64,000 bases of DNA from Fusobacteriota bacterium (GTDB lineage Bacteria; Fusobacteriota; Fusobacteriia; JAPLKR01). Below, piece by piece: positions 47,521-58,664 of the stretch. The stretch is taken from positions 529 to 64,528 of the forward strand of contig JAPLKR010000103.1 in assembly GCA_026387965.1 (NCBI GenBank), read 5' to 3'. Below the pieces are notes generated by a model. It saw nothing but the letters and a program-made list of their open reading frames with translations. It ran no database searches and was not told where the DNA came from. A program made the position numbers and the translations under genes. The stretch's first letter is position 1; each line of letters starts with the position of its first letter.

Positions 47521-50114
47521 ATTTTTCCTTTAATGAACTCTTTTAAGCTACCCTCTAACTCTTTAAACGATAAAGTTAATTCACTTTTAGAAATTCCTGC
47601 TTGAACAATGTCTGGTCTTCCGCCACCTTTAAATCCAAGTACCTTTAGGTGTTCCATAATATCTCTAGCATCAAGTTGAATTCTACCTGACAACTCTTTT
47701 GATAGTGAAATGAGAAGCGTCAAATTATCTTCTATTTTAACACCATATACAAATATTGATAAAGGGAACTTTTGTTTCAAACTATCTAACAATAGCTTAG
47801 CATCTTTTATATCTACATCATCTTCAATCATAAAGAAAAAACGCGCAGCTCCAAGATCTTGAAACTTTTGAGCAATAGCAGTAACAGAGTGATTTCTTAT
47901 CTCCTCTTTAAGTTTTTCAATTGTTTGATCTTTTTCCTTCATTTCATCAACCAATTTGTCCAATTTTTCAATTAATTTATAACGGTTTGCTTTAAGTTTA
48001 TCAGAAATTTTATCAAGCTCTGATTCCATAAAATTATAGCGTCTGTAAACTTCATATCCTGTAATAGCTTCAATTCGTCTCACACCTGCAGAGATACCTG
48101 CTTCAGAAAGAATTTTCAGCATTCCTAGATCACCTGTTCGATCAACGTGAGTTCCGCCACACAGTTCTATGGATTCACCCTCAATCTCAATTACACGAAC
48201 AAAATCTTGATATTTATCATCAAAAAAAGCTAATGCACCTCGACTCTCAGCTTGTGTGAAACTCATTTCTTCCTTTGAAACTCCACTATTTTTCCAAATT
48301 ATTTCATTCACTTCTTTTTCAATTTTTTGAATTAAATCACGATCTACCGCTTGAAAATAGCTGAAATCAAAACGCATTCTCTTATCATCAATATGCGAAC
48401 CCGCTTGATGAACATTTTTACCTAAATGTTCACGTAGTTTAGCATGAACCAAATGTGCCGCTGTATGATTGGCCGTAATTTTTTTTCGTCGAACTGCTGA
48501 AACTTCTAAATCATAAACAGAGTGTAGATCTAGACTTCCACCAACTACTTTGATTTTATGAATATAAATATCTTGTTTTTTTGAAACATCAATGACTTCA
48601 CCCTCAAAATTTTCCGAGATAATTTTGCCATGATCAGCTACTTGACCACCCGACTCTGCATAAAATGGTGTTTTGTCAAATATCACATCATAGATATTTT
48701 TATCACTATTTTTTAGATGAATAATTTTCCCTTTACACGAAAGCTCTTTATACCCAACAAAATCAGTTTTCCCATATTTTATAGCTAACTCTTCAATAAA
48801 TTTCTCTTCTACCTGTTCCATTACAACATCACGAGTACTACGAGAATTTTCTCTTTGAGCATTTAATGACTTTTCAAAATCAGCTTTATTAATATCATGA
48901 CCTGATTCTCTCGCAATTTCTTGAGTTAGCTCATATGGAAACCCATATGTATCATACAACTTAAATGCCGTCTCTCCTGAAAGTTTTTCATCTAATTTAA
49001 GGGTAGATAATGCCTGCGTTAACATATCAAGACCTTGATCTAATGTCTTTTGGAAACGTTCTTCTTCTTTATCTATCATAAGCTTAATATAATCGGTATT
49101 TGATTGTAAATCTCTATAGTGTTCCCCCATTACTTGAACAACGACATCTACAAGTCTTGAAAGAAAAGCTTCATGAAAATTCATTCTTCTTGCGTATGTT
49201 GAAGCTCTTCGAAGCAACTTTCTTAAAATATAACCACGCCCCTCATTAGAAGGAAGTATTCCATCAGAAATCATAAATGTAGCGGCTCTTACATGGTCAG
49301 CAATAACTTTCTTCTCATAACTATGTTCTTTTGAGTTGGGAATAATATTTTCAATAGTATTAATAATTGGAACAAATAAATCTGTATCAAAATTTGTATC
49401 AACATTTTGCATAACGGAGCAAATTCGCTCAAGCCCCATTCCAGTATCAATATTTTTCTTAGGTAGTGGTTCAAAAGAACCATCTTCTAATTTGTTAAAT
49501 TCAGTGAACACAAGATTCCAAATCTCAAGAAAACGATCACACTCGCACCCAATATTACACTCGGGGCCACATTTGTGTTCTTCGCCTCTATCAATATGGA
49601 TTTCACTACATGGACCACATGAACCCGTAGGTCCTACTTCCCAAAAATTATCCTTTGCACCCATTTTTACAATTCGATCACGAGAAACACCGGCTTTATT
49701 TTCCCATAGTTCAATGCTCTCATCATCTTGTTCATAAACCGTTATCCATAATCTATCTCTTTCAATTCCAAGCTCTTTTGTAATAAATTCCCATGCCATT
49801 ACAATAGCTTCTTCTTTAAAATAATCTCCAAATGCAAAATTCCCCAACATTTCAAAAAAAGTTTGATGTCTTGCCGTTTTACCTACATTATCTAGATCAT
49901 TGGTTCTAATACATTTTTGACATGATGCTATTCTAGGGGTTGGTGCTAACTTTTTACCTAAAAAGAAGGGCTTAAAAGGAACCATTCCAGCAATAGTGAG
50001 CAGCATCGTCGGATCATCTGGAATAAGAGACGCACTATCATATATTTTATGTTGATAATTCTCAAAGAATTTCAAATATTTTGTACGTAGTTCCTTACTT
50101 GTTAAATATTTCAT
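47517..50114 (-). CDS. alaS: Alanine--tRNA ligase.
   Basis: 865 aa. MKYLTSKELRTKYLKFFE..., FTNAGM-like and WEVGPTGSCGPCSEIH zinc motif. C-terminal DHHA1 region. Confidence 0.95.
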   Translation of the reverse strand: MKYLTSKELRTKYLKFFENYQHKIYDSASLIPDDPTMLLTIAGMVPFKPFFLGKKLAPTPRIASCQKCIRTNDLDNVGKTARHQTFFEMLGNFAFGDYFKEEAIVMAWEFITKELGIERDRLWITVYEQDDESIELWENKAGVSRDRIVKMGAKDNFWEVGPTGSCGPCSEIHIDRGEEHKCGPECNIGCECDRFLEIWNLVFTEFNKLEDGSFEPLPKKNIDTGMGLERICSVMQNVDTNFDTDLFVPIINTIENIIPNSKEHSYEKKVIADHVRAATFMISDGILPSNEGRGYILRKLLRRASTYARRMNFHEAFLSRLVDVVVQVMGEHYRDLQSNTDYIKLMIDKEEERFQKTLDQGLDMLTQALSTLKLDEKLSGETAFKLYDTYGFPYELTQEIARESGHDINKADFEKSLNAQRENSRSTRDVVMEQVEEKFIEELAIKYGKTDFVGYKELSCKGKIIHLKNSDKNIYDVIFDKTPFYAESGGQVADHGKIISENFEGEVIDVSKKQDIYIHKIKVVGGSLDLHSVYDLEVSAVRRKKITANHTAAHLVHAKLREHLGKNVHQAGSHIDDKRMRFDFSYFQAVDRDLIQKIEKEVNEIIWKNSGVSKEEMSFTQAESRGALAFFDDKYQDFVRVIEIEGESIELCGGTHVDRTGDLGMLKILSEAGISAGVRRIEAITGYEVYRRYNFMESELDKISDKLKANRYKLIEKLDKLVDEMKEKDQTIEKLKEEIRNHSVTAIAQKFQDLGAARFFFMIEDDVDIKDAKLLLDSLKQKFPLSIFVYGVKIEDNLTLLISLSKELSGRIQLDARDIMEHLKVLGFKGGGRPDIVQAGISKSELTLSFKELEGSLKEFIKGKI

Positions 50115-50124
50115 TCATAACTCC

Positions 50125-50862
50125 TTATAATAATTTACTTTTGAATTCAAATTCATTTCCTAGATAATGTTTAATAGCAAGCGGGTCAACTGCCACTTCT
50201 GAACTTGTTCCACTTACTAAAATTTTTCCCTCAGACATAATATAAGCACGTTCTGTAATAGAAAGCGTCTCCCTTACATTATGGTCCGTTATAAGTATCC
50301 CCAATCCACGATTTTTTAGATATAATATGATGTTTTGAATATCTGCAACGGCAATTGGATCAACCCCCGCAAAAGGTTCGTCAAGCAAAATAAAGTCTGG
50401 CTCATTCGCAAGTGTGCGCGCAATTTCCACACGTCGTCGCTCTCCTCCAGAAAGAGAATATCCAAAACTTTTAGCAATATGACTAATTTTAAACTCTTCA
50501 AGAAGCCCATCCTTAATTCTAATACGCTCTTTTTTGGCAATATTTTTTAGCTCAAGTATCGTCAGAATATTTTCTTCAACAGTAAGATTTCTAAATACCG
50601 AAGCTTCTTGAGCAAGATAACCTAGTCCAAGCCTAGCTCTTTTAAACATTGGAAAATTCGTAATCTCTTCTTCATTATAATATACTTGCCCACCATCAGG
50701 TTTTACTATTCCGGTAATCATATAAAATGTCGTTGTTTTCCCGGCACCATTTGGACCTAAAAGCCCTACAATTTCACCTTTATTAATTTGCAAGCTCACA
50801 TCACTTACAACTACTCTTTTTTTATATATCTTTTTCAAATTCGTAGCTATAATATCTTTCAT
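50125..50862 (-). CDS. lptB: LPS export ABC transporter ATPase LptB.
   Basis: Walker [10 protein letters not shown], signature [13 protein letters not shown], Walker [12 protein letters not shown]. 245 aa (LptB size, no TM domain). Adjacent to the LptC/A-like genes. Confidence 0.85.
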   Translation of the reverse strand: MKDIIATNLKKIYKKRVVVSDVSLQINKGEIVGLLGPNGAGKTTTFYMITGIVKPDGGQVYYNEEEITNFPMFKRARLGLGYLAQEASVFRNLTVEENILTILELKNIAKKERIRIKDGLLEEFKISHIAKSFGYSLSGGERRRVEIARTLANEPDFILLDEPFAGVDPIAVADIQNIILYLKNRGLGILITDHNVRETLSITERAYIMSEGKILVSGTSSEVAVDPLAIKHYLGNEFEFKSKLL

Positions 50863-50870
50863 ATATTCTC

Positions 50871-53116
50871 CTATTTATAATTATAGCGTATATTGTAGCC
50901 ATAAATTTTTAAATTTTGACTCGCAATATCATACACTCCCTCATCAACATTTGTAATGTTGAGATTTTTTTCAGTTGCTGAGACATTTTTGCTAAAATAT
51001 ATCTTTTGAGCGACATTATCAAACATTGCATTTTGGCCTGTTACTGTAACTTCGTTTCCATCACTGATTAAATTTGAAACAACATTTTTAATCACATAAA
51101 TTTTATTTTGCGATACAATGTAATTAAGAATTTCGCCCGTAACTGTCACCACATACGGATGCCCATTTGTATTTACTGCAGAATAATTTACCGTAACATT
51201 TTCTTTTCCTGTAATAACATCATTAAGTTTATCGTAATTGATCGTGTTACTTCTAAGCGTTCCATTCACAGTTTTTAAAAAAGCATCACCTTGCATCACG
51301 GCTCCACACACTTCTTCTTGCGAGGGGCCATTAATATTTTGTTTTGTGTATTGTACAACAATTTGCTGTGCACCAAAAGTTATATTTTTTGTTTGTGGAT
51401 TACCTTGAGTATTCACCCAATTTCCTGTCACATTACCATTCGCCGTTAATGTTTGGGTAATATTATCAAGCACAATGGTTGAAGCATTGGTATTATCACC
51501 AATTGTTGAGCTAAACTGAGCATTCCCGCTCGCATCCATCTTATTTACACCCTCATTGTCACCTTGCAATAGGGTATTAATTCGGTTTGCCACTAAATTA
51601 TAAGTTACGAGTCCCACCCCTGGTCTTTCACTCAGTGTAATAATTTTGGCATTACCGACTGATTCAGCTGTATGTCCTACCAAATCACATGCTATATGAT
51701 TTCCATAGACTTGATATTTATTATCTATATTAACATACCCTTTACCATCAAACGTTCCAGACATTAACACATTGTTATTTCCAAGTACTAAAGACATTTC
51801 ATTCGCAGAATACGTTACTGCATTGGCTCCAATAATTTTACCTGATACATTTCCCGAAGCATCCAAACTCTTATCACTCACAAGTGCGATTTTACTACCT
51901 GTTAAAAAATCGCCTAAAGAATCGCTAAATCTAGAGCCTACTCCTGTTAGATTAACACTACTCAGCTCAGCTGCGCTTCCATTTTTTAAAAAATTGGTCA
52001 AAATGATATTCGAAATTACATTGTATGTTACTATTACCCCATTTTTCATATTATCTAATTGCATTTTACCATTACCATTAACATTAAAATAAGTCGTGGT
52101 ATCCGTTATAATTTGATTACCATAAATATATTGCCCATTATCGGCAAGTATTTTAGCATTTCCTGAAATATTTAATAGCGTAATCTTCCTCGTTGCTTTC
52201 GAAAAATTTGTTTGTAAACTATCGCAGTAAATTGTTATCTGTTTAGAATTAATAGCCCCTTGATTTTTAGAGTTATTAATAATACTTTTTACTGAGCCTT
52301 TAGCTATAACTATTCCATTTGTGTACTGCACTTGGTTAGCTTGAAGCTCTCCAAATGACTGACTATTTATATTTACAACACCATTCATTAAAAGTGATGA
52401 CACATTATCTTTTGAAAACGTTATCACCGCTACATCACTTTGAATCGCTGTACTATCACCGTTTTGAGCGATTACCCCATGAACATTCCCTGTTAAATTA
52501 GCAATTGAGCTTTTTTGAGAATACACGAGTCTATTACATTCAATATGACTATTGCCTTTATCTAGAACTGAATTATTTCCTGAAAAATTCTGGTTTTTCA
52601 AGTCAATGACAGGGTTATTATTCAAAATAATCTGACCGCCACTACTTTTAATTGTCATAGATTTACTTGATGTCAATAGTTGTGTCGAACGATTATACGT
52701 AACATCTGTTCCATCAACTTCAATACTACTTGTTTTAATGACGACGCTACCTTCCAACTGTATCGTCGGAGAGTTTTGGTATGTTGAGACACCGCCACTC
52801 GCATTAAATTAATAGAACTATCCGTTTTACTGTAAATACCATTATTTGATTGCAGGGTATAATTTTGTGAAACCAGTTTAGGGTTAATAAAAGTCACCTG
52901 AGTTCGCTCTGAATTCACTGACTGCTTATCTGCTGTTAGTGTATAATTTTGATCTAAAACAAACTTTGCGTTACTCATGGTAATTTCACTAGATGATGAA
53001 AAATTTGCAGTTGATGGCGAATCTTTTTTTACATACAAATAATAACATAAAATTATCACTGCAATGGTTATGATTATTTTAACCCTTTTTTTCACATCAG
53101 CCTCCAAATTATTCAC
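50871..53116 (-). CDS. Giant LptC/LptA-like protein: N-terminal TM anchor plus a long tandem OstA-like beta-jellyroll. Carries a +/-1 frameshift near 52800..52812.
   Basis: The upstream part ([28 protein letters not shown]...[13 protein letters not shown]) and the downstream part ([26 protein letters not shown]...) lie in different frames. Alignment with the paralog (..NNGVLDSSDNLSLTGSVYG..) runs straight across the junction. One extra T in a TTT run fuses them into about 748 aa. Confidence 0.6.
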
Positions 53117-53256
53117 ACTTAACTCTTTTACATTTTATGCTATATCAAATATAACCACTAACTATTATATCATAATTTTTTATATATTTTAAGTAGCGAT
53201 TATCATAATTTTATCACAAAAAGAGAGTGATATAGGCTATCACTCTCTTTAAAAAA

Positions 53257-56055
53257 TTATTTTTGTAAATTGACTAATTTCATAGCAATGTGGTCACTTC
53301 CAATAAGTGTATTTGTTATCAAATTGTATGTTGCTTTATTTGAACTGATTGTATTGCCATTTTTATAAACTGTAGCACTTCCATTCATCACTATTAAGTT
53401 GTTCTTCATATCAATTTTGGCTTCTTGAGTTGTAATATTTGCATTTCCAGAGATTTTTGTTTTATTTAGAATTTTCACATTATACATCAATGTCGTTACT
53501 AAATTAGTGATATCACTTTTTATGTATTGCGCAGTAGCCTCAATATGCATAATATCCACTTGAGGTGTTTCTACTCCAACTTCTTTTGAGGTCTTAAATG
53601 ACGCCTGCCCTTTGGCTAAAATATAACTACTAAAATTATCAAATTCCATAAAGTTTGCTTTGAGTTCGCTTGTGTCATATTTTACTTTCCCATTTCCTTG
53701 CAACTCGACTCGTGATACTACATACTTCTTTGTTCTCTGAAGTGTTGCCTGCGAAAAATAGACTTTCGCTGTTGAACCCGAAAAATTTATTGGAACCAAA
53801 AGATTTGATTTAGTCGCATTAAATCCTTTTGAGTTTTTCTGAACCGTTAGAGGAATCACTGTCCCCACAACATTTCCTGTAAAATTAAATTGCATCAGAT
53901 TCAAATCTCCCGTTGCTTTACTTGCTGAAATTTTATCACCAAGTGTAGAGGTGACTATGGGGAAATTTGCAGAGAGGGTTTTAGTTTCAAAATTCACCTG
54001 TCCACTACTGCTTACCATTTGCATCGAATTATAATTTAGGGCCGACATAGTCGAATAGCTTATATCTCCTGACACAGTATTATATGTCAATTTATCACTC
54101 TTAATGGATGAGTTTTCTTGAGTTAACATAACATTTCCAGACAATACTAAAATCTTTGTTAATGTGTTATATTTAGCAAATTGTGCACTATAATCCATGT
54201 CTTGGTTACTCCCAGTAACGCCATTAAGTGTTACGTTTTGAGTGACAGCGTCTAAAACACCTGATGAAAAATCCACTGAATAATTTTCACTACTATTAAC
54301 AATCGAACCACTATTCGGCATATTTCCTTTCTTTTTTACAAGATCATATGTCGCATTTTTAGTGTTCAGTATCGAGCCATTGTCGTTTACTTCAACATTT
54401 CCAATAACTTGTAGCAAACTATTTCCAGAAATATTTATCTGACCGTCTGTTTTGCCCGTAATATTTTGAGTACTGTTAGTAAAATAAACGTTTCCACCTA
54501 AAGTTCCATTACCACTCTTAGCGTTATATGTTAAGGTGGTTCCATAAATCAAATACCCCTTATAGCCAATAGTAATTAGTGATTGTATGGTGGCCAAATT
54601 GGTATTTCCATTATAGTTCAAGTGAGTCGCGGTTAATGTGTAGCTGTTTTTTATATCTGAAACTGTAAATTGAGATACTACATTGATTTTATTTGAAGCG
54701 AGATTAAATTTAATGTCTGAAGCTGCCAAAACATAATTCTTTTGTTTTAAAATAACATTACCTATAGCTTCAACAGTGCCATTTTTAAAATTAAACACCA
54801 CTCTGTCAGCTCGTGACTCTTGACCATTATACAATGTGGTCACATTTGAAGCCACACCTGTCTCACTGTTTTGGTTATATTGTAAATTGCTCCCTACACC
54901 TGTCACAAGTGTTTTATACTGAGCAGAATACGTGAAAACACCTGGAATTAAAACGTCTCCACTATTAGAGTTAACACTCATTTTATCACTAATAAGCGTT
55001 TCTCTCGAATTCTTTGCGATAACTTTAGATGAATCTTCACCTACAAATGTTGTGATTTTGGATTTTTCATCACAGATAACAGAGGGTGCACGCACAGATA
55101 ACCCGTTTGAACTTCTAATCACTTCATCACTACCTGAAACAAGTGAATTTACAGCATCAATCGTCATCGTTGTTGCTATGAAGTTACCAATACTGTCACT
55201 GCCGCTAACAGGGCCATCTAACGTAGCTTTTTGTGATATCATATCAAATGCATAACCTTTTGAAGAAACATTCACATCTAAATACTTTAGGTTAGATGTT
55301 CCAAGCGCTCTACCGGTATTGTTTTTTAAATTATAACTTAGTAAATTTCCTTTTAGCGTGATAGCGTCAGCCACTACCGCATACCCACCAAACAAATCCA
55401 TATCTTGGGTGATTGTGTTGATTTTTACCCCATTTGCCCCACCTATAAGTGCAGCAATATCACCCTTATCCGTTGTGATATTTTGACCATCAATACGAAT
55501 ATTCCCCGAAAGCGTTACAGTTGAGTCACTGTTTGAATACGATGCACTATCGCAAGTAATCGTATAATTTTTAAAGTCAAGCACAACATTGCCTTTCAGT
55601 GTTACTTGTGAATAATCTTGAATAGCTTTGAATGTATCACCAGTAATTTTAGTTCCAGTAGTTTTATTTTCGAATACTGTTTCACCATTTGCAAGAATCA
55701 TTCCAGTATTTTTTGTATACTCAATTGCCGATGTAGTGACTGACCATCCTTGGGTATTCTCCCCATACACACTACCTGTAAGCGATAGGTTGTCTGAGCT
55801 ATCTAAAACCCCATTATTTCCTTGTAAAAACCCATTATTAATAGAGGCTTTTACGTGATTTAGCTCGATTTTTCCACTTTGAGTAGTTTGAGAGTCGGCC
55901 ACAACCGTATAATTACTATCTATAACATACTTTACTTTATTCATTGAAACCTTATACGTTGAGTCAGGTATTTTTTCTTCTTTTTTAACATAAACTAATA
56001 CGATAAATACCGCTATAACGACCACAATAACAGCAATCACAATTTTCTTAAGCAA
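53257..56055 (-). CDS. Giant LptC/LptA-like protein, 932 aa: N-terminal TM anchor plus a repetitive OstA-like beta-jellyroll.
   Basis: TM helix IVIAVIVVVIAVFIVLV, then MNKVKYVIDSNYTVVADSQ... paralogous to the neighbouring gene. Thr/Asn/Ser/Gly-rich beta repeats throughout. No C-terminal barrel, so not LptD. Confidence 0.55.
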   Translation of the reverse strand: MLKKIVIAVIVVVIAVFIVLVYVKKEEKIPDSTYKVSMNKVKYVIDSNYTVVADSQTTQSGKIELNHVKASINNGFLQGNNGVLDSSDNLSLTGSVYGENTQGWSVTTSAIEYTKNTGMILANGETVFENKTTGTKITGDTFKAIQDYSQVTLKGNVVLDFKNYTITCDSASYSNSDSTVTLSGNIRIDGQNITTDKGDIAALIGGANGVKINTITQDMDLFGGYAVVADAITLKGNLLSYNLKNNTGRALGTSNLKYLDVNVSSKGYAFDMISQKATLDGPVSGSDSIGNFIATTMTIDAVNSLVSGSDEVIRSSNGLSVRAPSVICDEKSKITTFVGEDSSKVIAKNSRETLISDKMSVNSNSGDVLIPGVFTYSAQYKTLVTGVGSNLQYNQNSETGVASNVTTLYNGQESRADRVVFNFKNGTVEAIGNVILKQKNYVLAASDIKFNLASNKINVVSQFTVSDIKNSYTLTATHLNYNGNTNLATIQSLITIGYKGYLIYGTTLTYNAKSGNGTLGGNVYFTNSTQNITGKTDGQINISGNSLLQVIGNVEVNDNGSILNTKNATYDLVKKKGNMPNSGSIVNSSENYSVDFSSGVLDAVTQNVTLNGVTGSNQDMDYSAQFAKYNTLTKILVLSGNVMLTQENSSIKSDKLTYNTVSGDISYSTMSALNYNSMQMVSSSGQVNFETKTLSANFPIVTSTLGDKISASKATGDLNLMQFNFTGNVVGTVIPLTVQKNSKGFNATKSNLLVPINFSGSTAKVYFSQATLQRTKKYVVSRVELQGNGKVKYDTSELKANFMEFDNFSSYILAKGQASFKTSKEVGVETPQVDIMHIEATAQYIKSDITNLVTTLMYNVKILNKTKISGNANITTQEAKIDMKNNLIVMNGSATVYKNGNTISSNKATYNLITNTLIGSDHIAMKLVNLQK

Positions 56056-56075
56056 TTGTTTTACATCCTTTCCTA

Positions 56076-58664
56076 TTAACTCATCTCATTTTTTAATTCA
56101 TATAAAAAATTGAGCGCCTCAATCGGCGACAATCTATCAAGTTCTAACATAAGAATTTTAGATTCTAACTCTTTTAACTGCGATATTTGCTCGAAATCCT
56201 TTAACGTATCATCTTGATTTTCATAAGTTTTATCTGAGTCAAATAATGAAAGTTGACACACATTTAACTGCGATGATACTAGCTTTTTTCTGCTTTCAAG
56301 CTCCCGCAGTAAATGTCTTCCGCGTTTTATCACCTCTAAAGGAAGGCCTGCAAGCTTCGCAACTTCAAGTCCATAACTTTTATCTGCGCCACCACTTATA
56401 ACTTTTCTTAAAAAATGCACTTTGCCTTTTTCTTCCAAAACTTCAAAACGATAGTTTTTAACATTTGGGAAGGCTCTTTCAAGTTCAGTGAGTTCATGAT
56501 AGTGCGTCGCAAAAAGTGTCATTGCATTAATGTTTTTAGCAATATATTCGGAAACAGCCCATGCTATCGAAATTCCATCAAACGTACTTGTACCTCGTCC
56601 TACTTCATCAAGAATAATAAAACTTTTATTTGTAGCATGTCTTAAAATATTGGAAACTTCAGCCATTTCAACCATAAAAGTACTTTCGCCAAGCAAGATA
56701 TTATCACTTGCGCCTATACGTGTGAATATCTTATCTACCACTCCTATTTTCGCATGATCTGCAGGTACAAAACTCCCCATTTGTGCCATAATGATACACA
56801 AGGCAACTTGCTTCATATAGGTAGATTTCCCCGCCATATTAGGTCCAGTTAAAATTAAAAAACGTTTTTCTAAATCTATTGTGCTATCATTTTTTATGAA
56901 TTTATCACTACCCACTAATTTTTCAACAATAGGATGTCTTGAATTTGCAAGCTCAATACTCGAATCTTCAACTAGAATAGGCTTCACATAGCCATTTTCC
57001 TTAGCTACTTGAGCAAGCGTTACGAAAAAATCAAGCTCGGCTATCTCTTTTGCTAATTGATAGATCGGTTTTGTTTGGATCAGTAAAGTTGCGCAAACTT
57101 CTTTGAATTTTTCATACTCTAATTCACTTAATTTTTCTTGTGCCGAAAGTATTTTAGTTTCATATTCTTTTAATTCCGGCGTGATATACCTCTCAGCATT
57201 GCTAAGTGTTTGCTTTCTTATATAATCCGAAGGCACTTTTTCAAGGTGCATTTGAGTTATTTCGATATAGTATCCAAATACTTTATTGAAACGAATTTTT
57301 AAACTTTTAATACCAGTTCGTTCTCGCTCTCTCTCTTGAATTGATTCTAAAATCTCTTCTGCATTATCCTTTAACTGGCGATATTCATCAATTTTGCTAT
57401 CATAACCTGTTTTTATCATCCCACCTTCTCGTACAGAAAAAGGAGGAACATCATGAATTGATATCTCTAGAAGTGTAAGTAGAACTTCACATAAGTTAAA
57501 ACTATTCAAAAACTCTCTCTTTGTTCCTAATATATTAGAAATCGTTTTTGAAACCATGAGAATATTTTTAATCGCAATTAAGTCTTTTCCATTTGCCGTC
57601 TTGTAAATTACTTTTGAAAACAGTCGTTCTAAGTCTAGAACATCTGCAAGTTCACGCTGAATTTCTTCTCTTGTTTCAAAATTATCGTAAAAATACTGTA
57701 CATATTTTTGTCTTATATGAATTTTTTCTATTGAACTTAGCGGACTTAAAATATTCGATTTTAAATACCTTGAACCCATGGCTGTTTTACATTTATTAAG
57801 TACCCAAAAAAGCGATCCTATGTAATTTGGTGTTACCAATTCAAGCTTTTTTTGGGCTGAACTATTGAGTTCTAACCCTTGCTCTTTTCCAACATAAAGA
57901 ATGGCTGTAATCGGAATCTTTTCAAAATTGTTTTTCTCTAAAACATAGTCTAATACTTGTGATGCTGAAGCTATTGCAGCATTTTTCCCTTCAAGACCTA
58001 AGCTTGTTACTTGATACACTTGAAAATAATTAAGTAAAAATGCCTCTTCATAACTCTTTTTTTCAATAATTTTGATATACACTCTATTAAGTTTTTGAAA
58101 ATTATCTAAAATTTCAAAAAAATCTTTATATTCTTTCTCGTCAACAATAATTTCAACCGGCATAACTCTTTCAAGAATTGATTTAAGTCTTTCCGTTTCA
58201 CTTGCTAGAAACTCTGTTGTATAATAACTTCCAGTTGTCACATCGATATATGAAACGCCAAGAGTAGTTTTTATATTCTTAATAGTCAGAATATAATTGT
58301 TACTATTTTGGTCAATATACTCCATTTCCATAAAAGTTCCTGGCGTAATGGTTCGAATGACTTCTCTTTTAACAAGGCCTTTTGCAAGTCGTGGATCTTC
58401 AACTTGCTCACAAATAGCTACACTATATCCACGGCTTACGAGTTTAGCTATGTACCCACTGGCGGCATGATAGGGAATTCCTGCAAGTGGAATCTCTACA
58501 CCTTTTTCTTTATTTCGAGCGGTGAGTGTCAAATCAAGCTCTTTTGCTGCAATTTTCGCATCGTCAAAAAACATCTCATAAAAATCTCCGAGGCGAAAAA
58601 AAAGAATTTCACTACTGTACTTCGCTTTAATCTCTTTATATTGTTTCATGAGTGGCGTATCCAT
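56076..58664 (-). CDS. mutS: DNA mismatch repair protein MutS.
   Basis: 862 aa. Walker A GPNMAGKST. STFMVEM and DE(V/L)GRGTST motifs. Confidence 0.95.
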   Translation of the reverse strand: MDTPLMKQYKEIKAKYSSEILFFRLGDFYEMFFDDAKIAAKELDLTLTARNKEKGVEIPLAGIPYHAASGYIAKLVSRGYSVAICEQVEDPRLAKGLVKREVIRTITPGTFMEMEYIDQNSNNYILTIKNIKTTLGVSYIDVTTGSYYTTEFLASETERLKSILERVMPVEIIVDEKEYKDFFEILDNFQKLNRVYIKIIEKKSYEEAFLLNYFQVYQVTSLGLEGKNAAIASASQVLDYVLEKNNFEKIPITAILYVGKEQGLELNSSAQKKLELVTPNYIGSLFWVLNKCKTAMGSRYLKSNILSPLSSIEKIHIRQKYVQYFYDNFETREEIQRELADVLDLERLFSKVIYKTANGKDLIAIKNILMVSKTISNILGTKREFLNSFNLCEVLLTLLEISIHDVPPFSVREGGMIKTGYDSKIDEYRQLKDNAEEILESIQERERERTGIKSLKIRFNKVFGYYIEITQMHLEKVPSDYIRKQTLSNAERYITPELKEYETKILSAQEKLSELEYEKFKEVCATLLIQTKPIYQLAKEIAELDFFVTLAQVAKENGYVKPILVEDSSIELANSRHPIVEKLVGSDKFIKNDSTIDLEKRFLILTGPNMAGKSTYMKQVALCIIMAQMGSFVPADHAKIGVVDKIFTRIGASDNILLGESTFMVEMAEVSNILRHATNKSFIILDEVGRGTSTFDGISIAWAVSEYIAKNINAMTLFATHYHELTELERAFPNVKNYRFEVLEEKGKVHFLRKVISGGADKSYGLEVAKLAGLPLEVIKRGRHLLRELESRKKLVSSQLNVCQLSLFDSDKTYENQDDTLKDFEQISQLKELESKILMLELDRLSPIEALNFLYELKNEMS

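Noticed and set aside
52673-53116. A stand-alone 147-aa LptC gene.
   Set aside because: Its last ~45 residues (…[26 protein letters not shown]…) look like out-of-frame translation of the next ORF. The paralog alignment spans the junction, so it is treated as the N-terminus of one frameshifted gene.
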